53,391 nucleotides of DNA from Parcubacteria group bacterium (GTDB taxonomy: Bacteria > Patescibacteriota > JABMPQ01): assembly GCA_013202585.1 (NCBI GenBank), contig JABMPQ010000038.1, forward strand, positions 1-53,391, read 5' to 3'. Every line of letters starts with the position of its first letter. Positions within the stretch are counted from its first letter, which is position 1. The position numbers were made by a program, and so were the translations under genes. The notes under the pieces were generated by a model. That model had not been told where the DNA came from. It saw only the letters and a program-made list of their open reading frames with translations, and searched no databases. Positions 7,345-15,202 of the stretch are shown in pieces.

Positions 7345-7611
7345 ATGGAGGGGTTTGTTTATATTATAAGAAGTCTAAAAAGTGGTCATTTTTATGTTGG
7401 TAGCACCAAAAATGTTCAGAATAGAGTCATTGAGCACAATTTAGGAAAAACACGATCAACAAAATACCGTACGCCTTGGCAGTTAGTCTTTTACAAAAAA
7501 TACGACGACATTAACAAAGCAAAGCGGATTGAATATAAGTTGAAGAAGGCAAAAAGTAGAAAAATAATAGAGAGAATTATTCGAGACAGAGATATAAAGA
7601 TGGGCCCGTAG
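7345..7611 (+). CDS. GIY-YIG nuclease family protein (small stand-alone, UPF0213/COG2827-like)
   Basis: FVYIIRS...GHFYVGST..V..R..EHN and a downstream conserved Glu (IEYKLKK). The stop codon lies within the first 10 nt of tRNA-Ala. Confidence 0.85.
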   Translation: MEGFVYIIRSLKSGHFYVGSTKNVQNRVIEHNLGKTRSTKYRTPWQLVFYKKYDDINKAKRIEYKLKKAKSRKIIERIIRDRDIKMGP

Positions 7612-7677
7612 CTCAGCTGGTAGAGCACATCCATGGCATGGATGGGGTCAGGAGTTCGAATCTCCTCGGGTCCACCA
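7602..7677 (+). tRNA. tRNA-Ala (anticodon GGC), CCA encoded
   Basis: Manual cloverleaf: GGGCCCG/CGGGTCC acceptor with the G3:U70 Ala identity pair, anticodon arm CATCC-ATGGCAT-GGATG, T arm AGGAG-TTCGAAT-CTCCT, ACCA 3' end. Confidence 0.88.
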
Positions 7678-7712
7678 AGGTAGCAAAATGCGGATAATTA
7701 ACAATAAGAAAT

Positions 7713-7856
7713 ATGACTGTACATATAAGTTCTCAAGTTGGTGCTGAGAAAGTAGTCAAAGAAATACAAAAGCAACAAAAATGGCAAATATTACCAGGTA
7801 TCGCTATCCTCGTGGCGATAACTAGTATAATAGTCAGTATTATTCTATCCTGGTAA
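7713..7856 (+). CDS. possible 47-aa single-TM protein (below the ORF-track cutoff)
   Basis: ATG 7713 to TAA 7854..7856 with a C-terminal hydrophobic helix ILPGIAILVAITSIIVSIILSW. No other support. Confidence 0.3.
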   Translation: MTVHISSQVGAEKVVKEIQKQQKWQILPGIAILVAITSIIVSIILSW

Positions 7857-7928
7857 GGCTTGGTCTGGGCTGATGGCTCAACCATACCAGACGCTTGGAA
7901 CATAGTCTTCCGGAAAAAAGAAAAATAA

Positions 7929-8549
7929 ATGGCAATCACGCCCACCGATCAAGCAGAAGAAAAACTCCATCAACAAGGCTACAAAAATATCGCTGGTATC
8001 GACGAAGCTGGTTGTGGCTGCTGGGCCGGTCCGCTCGTCTGCGGAGTGGTTATTTTATCGCCCGGTTTTACTAATTCGGATATAAAAGACTCCAAACTCC
8101 TCACTAGCCAGAAAAGAGAAGAATTATATGCTATAATACAAGCTGAAGTCACCGCTTGGAGTGCTGGACAAGCTTCGCCGACAGAAATAGACACTCTGGG
8201 ACTCACCAAGGCCAAAAGCAAGGCAGTCGAGCGAGCCTTAGATAGCTTGTCTCTGACGCCAGATTATCTGCTTTGTGATGGTAATATAGAAACAGGCAAC
8301 AAAATCCCCGCGACCAATCACATAAAAGGCGACCAGAATATATTATCCATCGCCTGTGCTTCCATTATCGCTAAAGTTACCCGTGATCGGATCATCACTG
8401 AGCTCGGCCAACAATATCCGCAATATAATTTTGCTCAACATAAGGGTTACGGCACCAAAGAACACCAAGAAGCTTTGCAAAAACATGGAGTTTGCGAAAT
8501 CCATCGCCAGTCGTACAAGCCGATCGCAGCCATCTTAAATAACAAATAA
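7929..8549 (+). CDS. rnhB: ribonuclease HII
   Basis: IAGIDEAGCGCWAGPLV active-site motif, with length and C-terminal HR.S region typical of RNase HII. Confidence 0.9.
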   Translation: MAITPTDQAEEKLHQQGYKNIAGIDEAGCGCWAGPLVCGVVILSPGFTNSDIKDSKLLTSQKREELYAIIQAEVTAWSAGQASPTEIDTLGLTKAKSKAVERALDSLSLTPDYLLCDGNIETGNKIPATNHIKGDQNILSIACASIIAKVTRDRIITELGQQYPQYNFAQHKGYGTKEHQEALQKHGVCEIHRQSYKPIAAILNNK

Positions 8550-8572
8550 AAATAAATACCTAACCTAAAACC

Positions 8573-9127
8573 ATGCCCATAGACCCTCCTACCCCTTCGC
8601 CAAAATTTATTGACCCCGATAGCATTCTCGACCAGCTTCAGGTTAAAGAAAATAACGTGGTAGCTGACTTGGGTTGCGGTAGTGGCTATTATGCCTTCGC
8701 AGCTGCCAAAAAGGTTGGCGAGGAAGGGAAAGTATACGCCGTTGATATTCAAAAAACTGTCCTATCAGCTCTACAAAGCAAGATAAAACTTCAAGGAACG
8801 AGAAATATTACTGCCGTCTGGGCTGATATCGAAGTTCCCGGCAGTACTAAAATCGCCGCCAGTTCAGTTGATTTTACTTTATTAGCCGCCATATTCTACC
8901 AGACTCAGAAACACGAACAGATTCTAATCGAAGCTAAACGGATTACCAAAGATAAGGGTAAAATAGTTATTATAGATTGGAAAAGCACCAATGTCCCCTT
9001 GGGACCGCAAACTGAGCTAAGAGTCTCCAAAGATGTTATTCGCCGACAAGCAGAAGCAATTGGCCTGAAGTTTAGTCGAGAAATAAATGTCGGCTCTTAT
9101 CATTACGGATTGGTATTTGAGAAATAA
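8573..9127 (+). CDS. class I SAM-dependent methyltransferase
   Basis: Motif I VADLGCGSGYYA, followed by an acidic residue motif (VYAVDIQ). Confidence 0.8.
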   Translation: MPIDPPTPSPKFIDPDSILDQLQVKENNVVADLGCGSGYYAFAAAKKVGEEGKVYAVDIQKTVLSALQSKIKLQGTRNITAVWADIEVPGSTKIAASSVDFTLLAAIFYQTQKHEQILIEAKRITKDKGKIVIIDWKSTNVPLGPQTELRVSKDVIRRQAEAIGLKFSREINVGSYHYGLVFEK

Positions 9128-9190
9128 AATTAATAATTTTCGCGGGTTGGCCGCAGGTGGCGCTTATCGTTACTTTTTTAATCTACAAAA

Positions 9191-10753
9191 ATGGAAGAGA
9201 GAAAAATTCTCAAAGACTGTGAATATAAATCTTACGACTGGGCTAACAAGCCAGTAATTGCCGAATCGCTATTCAGAGAATACGACCTACGGAATCCCAT
9301 TCAAACAATGACAGATGGAGACAAAACTACTCCGGCTAGTGTAAATATCGATGGCTATCGCGTGCTAGGTCAAGCTTACGGCACTTACGTCCAGCAGAAA
9401 CTCAAGCAAAATAAAATCGTAGTAGCTAATGATTATCGTTCCTACTCCCGCGGTCTGGCTTATGCCTTTATCACTGGCATGTTAGCCTCTGGAGTTGATG
9501 TTATCGATATTGGTACTCAACTGACACCAGTTTTGTATTTTGCCCAATACCATTTCGACCTACTCGGTGGAGTTATCATTACTGCTAGCCACAATGATAA
9601 CGGTTGGGCGGGATTAAAAATCGCTAAGGGACTTTCTCAGACTTTCGAGCCTGATGACATTATTGAATACAAAAAGATGGTTTACGCCGGAAAGTTTTTA
9701 TCCGGCCAAGGTAATTACGCCAGAGTTTACGATTTTAAAGATGTATACTTAAAAGACATCGAGGAGAAAGTAAAACCTTGGCTGGGGAAAAAGAAATTAA
9801 AAATCGTCGTTTCTGGTGGTAACGGTGGTGGTGGCTTGTACTTAGAGGAACTGCTCACCAAATTAGACTTTGAAGTAGTCCCGATTTACAATAAATTAGA
9901 CTGGGATTTCCCTAATTTTAATCCTAATCCGGAGCATCTAAAATTTCTCGAGTTGTTAGGTGAAGAAGTGCGCAAAGTGGGAGCAGATTTTGGCATTGGC
10001 ACTGATGGCGACGGTGATCGACTAGGTTTAGTTGATGAAAACGGTAAAGAAATATTTGCTGATCGAGCCGGGCTATTTATCGCTCGCTACTTAGTCGAAA
10101 ATACACCTGAACCCAAACAGAAAATTATCGTCGACGTTAAATCCACTGGCGCCTCGACCCTGGATCCTGTCCTACAAAAGCATAAAACTGAAGTTATCTT
10201 TTGGAAAACTGGTCATTCTTATATCAAAGCGGCCACTCAAAAACACAACGCCTTGGCTGGCTTTGAACGCAGTGGACACTTTTTTCTACGAGGAAAGTAC
10301 GGCCGAGGTTATGATGACGGCACCCTATCCGCTGCTTGGATAGCTATTATTCTATCTAATTCCGACAAGCCTCTCTCGGTCATGGTCGCTGACCAGCCAA
10401 ATTCCTACCAATCACCTACTTTAAGTCCGGCCGTCAAAGATGACAAAGAAAAATATGAAATTGTTGACAAAGTCACTGCTTATTTTAAAAACTTGCAGGA
10501 AAAGGGCGAGAAATTCGCTGGTTTAGCCATTGAAGATTTAATCACCGTCAATGGCGTTAGATTTGTCTTCGAAGACGGAGCTTGGGGTCTGATTCGTGCT
10601 TCAAGTAACCTACCCACTCTCGTCATCACCTGCGAGTCCTTCAATACTAAGCGGGAAATGTACAATATCATGGAGGCAATCCAAGATCATCTCAAGCAAT
10701 ACGATATTGGTAAGTATGATCAGGAAATGCCGCCTTACGAGAAAGAAAAATAG
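9191..10753 (+). CDS. phosphohexomutase (phosphomannomutase/phosphoglucomutase family)
   Basis: Active-site Ser loop TASHNDNGWAGLK, metal loop GTDGDGDRLG, sugar loop GFERSGH. Confidence 0.87.
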   Translation: MEERKILKDCEYKSYDWANKPVIAESLFREYDLRNPIQTMTDGDKTTPASVNIDGYRVLGQAYGTYVQQKLKQNKIVVANDYRSYSRGLAYAFITGMLASGVDVIDIGTQLTPVLYFAQYHFDLLGGVIITASHNDNGWAGLKIAKGLSQTFEPDDIIEYKKMVYAGKFLSGQGNYARVYDFKDVYLKDIEEKVKPWLGKKKLKIVVSGGNGGGGLYLEELLTKLDFEVVPIYNKLDWDFPNFNPNPEHLKFLELLGEEVRKVGADFGIGTDGDGDRLGLVDENGKEIFADRAGLFIARYLVENTPEPKQKIIVDVKSTGASTLDPVLQKHKTEVIFWKTGHSYIKAATQKHNALAGFERSGHFFLRGKYGRGYDDGTLSAAWIAIILSNSDKPLSVMVADQPNSYQSPTLSPAVKDDKEKYEIVDKVTAYFKNLQEKGEKFAGLAIEDLITVNGVRFVFEDGAWGLIRASSNLPTLVITCESFNTKREMYNIMEAIQDHLKQYDIGKYDQEMPPYEKEK

Positions 10754-10768
10754 CCAAATCATAGTATC

Positions 10769-10797
10769 TTGTCTTTACTGCCCAAACATGCTATAAT
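10769..10797 (+). promoter_or_regulatory. sigma70-like promoter TTGTCT-17-TATAAT with extended TG
   Basis: ttgtct 10769..10774, a 17-nt spacer ending in tgc, tataat 10792..10797. It lies 48 nt upstream of the M23 peptidase ATG. Confidence 0.55.
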
Positions 10798-10844
10798 GTA
10801 GAGGCCTAAGAAACGTGCGACTCTTTAGTAATTAAAGGGTCATC

Positions 10845-12362
10845 ATGCTAAAACAAAAACAAAATCAATTGAAGAGAATCTGTGCTTATTTAACGGCAAT
10901 TGTCCTGATTGCCTGGCCTTTTGGCTCATCTGCTGGTACTACAGCGGATAGTTTTGTTTATCCCCTAAAAAGCTATGTACTTACTTCTGATTTTGGCGAC
11001 GATCGCGGGGGCATCTACCACTTAGGTGAAGATGCCGCTGGGGCAGCTGGTACGGCCGTCTATTCTATTGGAAATGGCTACATTAAACATATTGGCGAAC
11101 ATACTAGATTTGGTACTGTTGTTCTAATTGAACATACTATCACTGGTAGAGGCAAAGTTGTTTCTCTCTATGGTCATTTACGTTCTCCCGATATAAAAGT
11201 AGCGGAAAAGCAATTTGTCAGCAAAGGACAATTAATCGGCTATTTAGGAACCACTGGGGAAAACGGTGGCTGGGGCGAACATTTACACTTTGGTATTCAC
11301 AAGGGTGCTTATGTAGATGTTGATGAGCGATGGATTTATTGGGGTCTAAACCGTTCAATCGCCGAGATGGAAAACTGGTACGATCCATCTGATTTTATTA
11401 ATGGTTACGATCCCGTTAGTTACGATCCCGATGACTTAGGTAAAATTGTTACTAGCGCTGGTTCAGGTGGCAGCGCTCACGTTAGAGTATTTGGTTCCAC
11501 TGGCCAAGCTGTTAAAGGAACGGACTTCTTCGCCTTCGGTGATGAGTCCCCAGGTGGAGCTGATATAGCTGTGGGTGATATCGACCATGATGGTGTCCAG
11601 GAGATTGTAGTCGGAGCTGGTCCGGGCAACAAACCATATGTTAAAATATTCGATAAAAATACGCAAGAGCTAGAAAAAACTTTTCTGGCTTACGGAGATG
11701 ATTTCCGGGGTGGCGTACGAGTAGCCATCGGCAATATTAACGGTGGCGAATATCAAGAAATTATTACTGGAGCTGGTCCAGGTGGGGGCGCCCAAGCTCG
11801 TGTTTTTAGTCATAATGGCAGCGTTATTCTCCCTAAGCTCTTCCCTTTTGGCGAAAATCAGCGCTCGGGGTTAGATGTGGCGGCTGGTGATACCAATGGT
11901 GATGGAATTGACGAAATTATCGTGGGTGCTGGTCCTGGCGGAGAACCAAAAGTGAGAATTTACAATGGTAATGGTCGACTAGCGAGTACCGAAATAACTG
12001 CTTTTGCCACTAACTTCCGCGGTGGAATACGCGTAGCCGCCGGTGATATTGATGGTGATGAGGTGGATGAAATTATTGTTGGGGCAGGTCAGGGCGGTGG
12101 GCCGCACGTACGTGTTTTCGAGCCTAACGGTCGACCCCGACCGATTAATATTTTCCCTTTTCACTCTAGCTTTCGGGGCGGAGTTGATGTCGCTTCCTAT
12201 GATCACAATGAAGATGGTAAAGATGATATCGTTGTTTCCCAAACCTCAGGCGGTCAAGCTTGGGTGAAAGTTGTAAAATACAATAACGAGCAGACAATCT
12301 TGGCCGAATTTAACGCTTACGCCGACTTTCAGGGTGGAGCAAATGTGACAGCGGTTAGGTAG
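10845..12362 (+). CDS. secreted M23 metallopeptidase fused to FG-GAP/VCBS-type beta-propeller repeats
   Basis: Signal peptide; M23 motifs HLGEDAA and GEHLHFGIH; about 6 repeats of the type GD.DGDG..EI(I/V)VGAGPGGGP.VR(V/I)F. Confidence 0.85.
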   Translation: MLKQKQNQLKRICAYLTAIVLIAWPFGSSAGTTADSFVYPLKSYVLTSDFGDDRGGIYHLGEDAAGAAGTAVYSIGNGYIKHIGEHTRFGTVVLIEHTITGRGKVVSLYGHLRSPDIKVAEKQFVSKGQLIGYLGTTGENGGWGEHLHFGIHKGAYVDVDERWIYWGLNRSIAEMENWYDPSDFINGYDPVSYDPDDLGKIVTSAGSGGSAHVRVFGSTGQAVKGTDFFAFGDESPGGADIAVGDIDHDGVQEIVVGAGPGNKPYVKIFDKNTQELEKTFLAYGDDFRGGVRVAIGNINGGEYQEIITGAGPGGGAQARVFSHNGSVILPKLFPFGENQRSGLDVAAGDTNGDGIDEIIVGAGPGGEPKVRIYNGNGRLASTEITAFATNFRGGIRVAAGDIDGDEVDEIIVGAGQGGGPHVRVFEPNGRPRPINIFPFHSSFRGGVDVASYDHNEDGKDDIVVSQTSGGQAWVKVVKYNNEQTILAEFNAYADFQGGANVTAVR

Positions 12363-12385
12363 ACAAAATCAGCTTCTTTATCTAT

Positions 12386-12418
12386 AAAAACTCCTGTTGT
12401 GCCAGGAGTTTTTCTTTA
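12386..12418 (+). terminator. rho-independent terminator
   Basis: Perfect 11-bp stem aaaaactcctg / caggagttttt with a 6-nt loop and a T-rich tail. Confidence 0.8.
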
Positions 12419-12485
12419 CTAAACAATTGTAGAAGTGTAAGGTGAAGACAAGTCCTAATAGAAGGCAGCTATCCTGACAAACACC

Positions 12486-13514
12486 ATGTTAATCCTCGGT
12501 ATCGAAACATCTTGCGACGAAACAGCAGCTGCCGTTGTCAAAAACGGTCGTTTTGTGCTGTCCAATGTTGTTTCTTCGCAAACTGAACTTCACGCTCCCT
12601 ATGGTGGGGTGGTCCCGGAAGTGGCGGCGCGTGATCATGTTAAGAGTATCGTTCCTATTGTCGATCGAGCTTTGAAGGAAGCTGGAACCGACCTAGAAAA
12701 AATAGACGCCATCGCTGTCACTAAAGGACCGGGGCTGATAACTTCATTATTGATTGGTGTTGATACGGCTAAAAGTTTAGCTTACACAGCTGGCAAAAAA
12801 ATCATTGGCCTTAACCACTTAGAAGCTCACGTTTACGCTAGCCAATTACAAGAGAGTGGTGGAGAGAAGCCAGCAGCGCTAAAATTCCCCCTGATTTACT
12901 TGATTGCTTCGGGCGGTCACACTGAGTTAGTTTTAATGGAAGATCATCTTAAACATAAAACTATCGGTGCCACTCGCGACGATGCCGCTGGTGAGGCTTT
13001 TGATAAAGTGGCTAAATTGCTCCAGCTCGACTACCCTGGTGGTCCCATCGTTGCCGAGCGAGCTAATTCTGGCAATTCCCGCTCGTATGCTTTCCCCCGT
13101 CCCATGCTTGACCAAGGCTTCGAATTCAGCTTTTCGGGATTAAAAACTGACGTCTTAAGACTAGTTAAGAAAAATAAATATAAATTTTCCGCGCCGGCCA
13201 TTAACAACATTTGTGCTTCCTTCCAGGCAGCGGTCGTGGATGTTCTTGTCACTAAAACCACTAAAGCGGCTCGAGAACACCAAGCTGAAATGATCGTTAT
13301 TGGAGGCGGGGTTTCGGCTAATCAGCTATTGAGAAATGTCCTAAACAAAAAAACAGCCGCTGAGCTGCCTAATACTGAACTATTGATACCTAAAGTGAAA
13401 TACTCGACCGACAACGCCGCTATGGTAGCCGCCTTAGGATATTATTACGCGCGAGAAGGAAAGTTTGACGGATGGGACAAGTTGAAGGTGGAGCCCAATT
13501 TAAGCTTGGGGTAG
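12486..13514 (+). CDS. tsaD: tRNA N6-adenosine threonylcarbamoyltransferase
   Basis: GIETSCDETAAAVV N-terminus and conserved His/Asp metal site region (GHLEAH-like NHLEAH). Confidence 0.92.
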   Translation: MLILGIETSCDETAAAVVKNGRFVLSNVVSSQTELHAPYGGVVPEVAARDHVKSIVPIVDRALKEAGTDLEKIDAIAVTKGPGLITSLLIGVDTAKSLAYTAGKKIIGLNHLEAHVYASQLQESGGEKPAALKFPLIYLIASGGHTELVLMEDHLKHKTIGATRDDAAGEAFDKVAKLLQLDYPGGPIVAERANSGNSRSYAFPRPMLDQGFEFSFSGLKTDVLRLVKKNKYKFSAPAINNICASFQAAVVDVLVTKTTKAAREHQAEMIVIGGGVSANQLLRNVLNKKTAAELPNTELLIPKVKYSTDNAAMVAALGYYYAREGKFDGWDKLKVEPNLSLG

Positions 13515-13515
13515 A

Positions 13516-14508
13516 TCACCATCGTCCTCGCAAAAAATTATACCCCCAATACCACCCCGGCTGATAAGCCAACTCCAACGCCCCTACCCAATTCTTCTCT
13601 TCCCCGCTAAACCCTTGTTTGAAACGAGTGATCCCTGACCAGGGGTGGTTTTTATCAGCGTCCGCTGGTGCGATTCCGCCGAAATCGTAATACTGCAAAC
13701 CTCTTTTCTTTGCCTCCTTAATCGCTTCCCACTGTAAAAGATGAGGAGCCATTAAACGCCGGTGTTCATAGCTAGAAGCGCCGTGTAAATAAATCGCTCT
13801 ACCCCCAAGAAATGAAATAATAGCAGCCGCGATGACCTCGCCTTTGTATTCAGCTAAAAACAACTCGACTAGATCGTTCTTGCCTAAAATCTCTACTTGC
13901 TGCCGATAATACTCCCGCGGATGAGCACTAAATTTATCTCGTTCAGTTGTCGCCTCCATTAGAGCATAAAATTTATCAACATCTCCGGTATCAACGCTTT
14001 GTCTAATTGCTACTCCCTTACGTCCGGCCAAACGGATATTATAACGAGCCTTATGATGCATACCAGCTAGTAGCTCCTCTTCGCTCTTAGTTAAATCGAG
14101 GAATAGGGTGTCTTTGGGTTGTGTTTGTTTTTTAGCTGATTTGAAGCCAATCTTTTTCCAAGTACCAATATCCCCGATCTCTGGATCAATCCGCAAAAAA
14201 ACTGCCTTTTCTCGCCGGGCTATCTCTTTTATCTTATCAAATAGTAACTGATAATCTGCTGGCTGGCTGGCCAGGTCACCCATTGATCCCCGTGGACAAT
14301 ATAAATAACTCTTACCCAACGGTAAATTATATTTTATCACCTGAGCTACAGCTAAAAACTCATTGTTATCAACAACTGCTAAACGCCAAACCTGCCGACC
14401 ACATTTTTCTTGAAATTCTCCCCACCGCCAGGACTGGAGGAGATGAGCGTGGTGTTTTAAAATAAAACTATCCCAGACGTCTTTATCCCTGACTTTTTTT
14501 ATTTCCAT
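13516..14508 (-). CDS. FemAB-family peptidoglycan interpeptide-bridge aminoacyltransferase
   Basis: FLQSWRWGEF-like motif (LLQSWRWGEFQ) and C-terminal YLHGASS...RLMAPHLLQWEAI...YDFGGI. Start set to MEIKKV (14508) to avoid overlapping ruvA. Confidence 0.8.
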   Translation of the reverse strand: MEIKKVRDKDVWDSFILKHHAHLLQSWRWGEFQEKCGRQVWRLAVVDNNEFLAVAQVIKYNLPLGKSYLYCPRGSMGDLASQPADYQLLFDKIKEIARREKAVFLRIDPEIGDIGTWKKIGFKSAKKQTQPKDTLFLDLTKSEEELLAGMHHKARYNIRLAGRKGVAIRQSVDTGDVDKFYALMEATTERDKFSAHPREYYRQQVEILGKNDLVELFLAEYKGEVIAAAIISFLGGRAIYLHGASSYEHRRLMAPHLLQWEAIKEAKKRGLQYYDFGGIAPADADKNHPWSGITRFKQGFSGEEKNWVGALELAYQPGWYWGYNFLRGRW

Positions 14509-14539
14509 GGGGTAATAATAAATAATCGGTAATTCATCT

Positions 14540-15118
14540 CTATCTCTTCCCAATCCCCTTCAACGCCAACTTCACTCTTTCTCCCACATCCTTAACATCA
14601 TCGGGAATACCCTCCAGAGCTAACACTGCTTCTGGTTTTTTATATCCCAGCCTTATTAGAGCATTAACTGCATCGCTGTCTTTTTCCGATATCGCCACCA
14701 ACTTCCCGTCTATTAACACGTCCATTTTACTCTTCAATTCGAGAATTATTAATTCTGCCTTCTTTCGACCAATACCCGGTACTCGTGTCAGAAAATCAAC
14801 GTTAGAGGTGCCAATTGCCTGCTTAAGATCATCCACCGAGGATATTTCTAATACTGCCAGACCAATTCGTGGACCCACACCAGAAACCGAGGTGATAATT
14901 TCAAAAAAATCTAGTTCGGTCATTGATGAAAAACCAAAGAGATCCAAGGAATCCTCTCGAATGTGTTGATGAATAAATAATTCGATCTCTTCTTTTGAAT
15001 TTCTAATACTACCCAACATCTTATGAGTCGTGTAAACCCGATAGCCTACTCCACTGACAGCCAAAATAATGAAATCTTCACCGGCCAGTTTAATTTTACC
15101 TTTCAAATATGAAATCAT
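14540..15118 (-). CDS. ruvA: Holliday junction DNA helicase subunit RuvA
   Basis: MISYLKGKI... N-terminal OB domain, HhH motifs (GVGPRIGLAVL, VPGIGRKKAE), C-terminal domain III. Confidence 0.9.
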   Translation of the reverse strand: MISYLKGKIKLAGEDFIILAVSGVGYRVYTTHKMLGSIRNSKEEIELFIHQHIREDSLDLFGFSSMTELDFFEIITSVSGVGPRIGLAVLEISSVDDLKQAIGTSNVDFLTRVPGIGRKKAELIILELKSKMDVLIDGKLVAISEKDSDAVNALIRLGYKKPEAVLALEGIPDDVKDVGERVKLALKGIGKR

Positions 15119-15146
15119 ACTTAGTTATATCTTAACAAATTTAGCC

Positions 15147-15174
15147 AAAAAGAAAAACTGGCTTGTCACCAGTT
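15147..15174 (-). terminator. rho-independent terminator downstream of rpoC
   Basis: Minus strand: aactgg-tgacaag-ccagtt followed by tttctttttgg. Confidence 0.55.
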
Positions 15175-15202
15175 CTTCTCGTAAAACGTGCCAGCGGCAT
15201 TA

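Noticed and set aside
7733-7945. 70-aa minus-strand ORF overlapping the rnhB start
   Set aside because: It overlaps the rnhB 5' end and a plausible small plus-strand TM ORF. It has no supporting signals.
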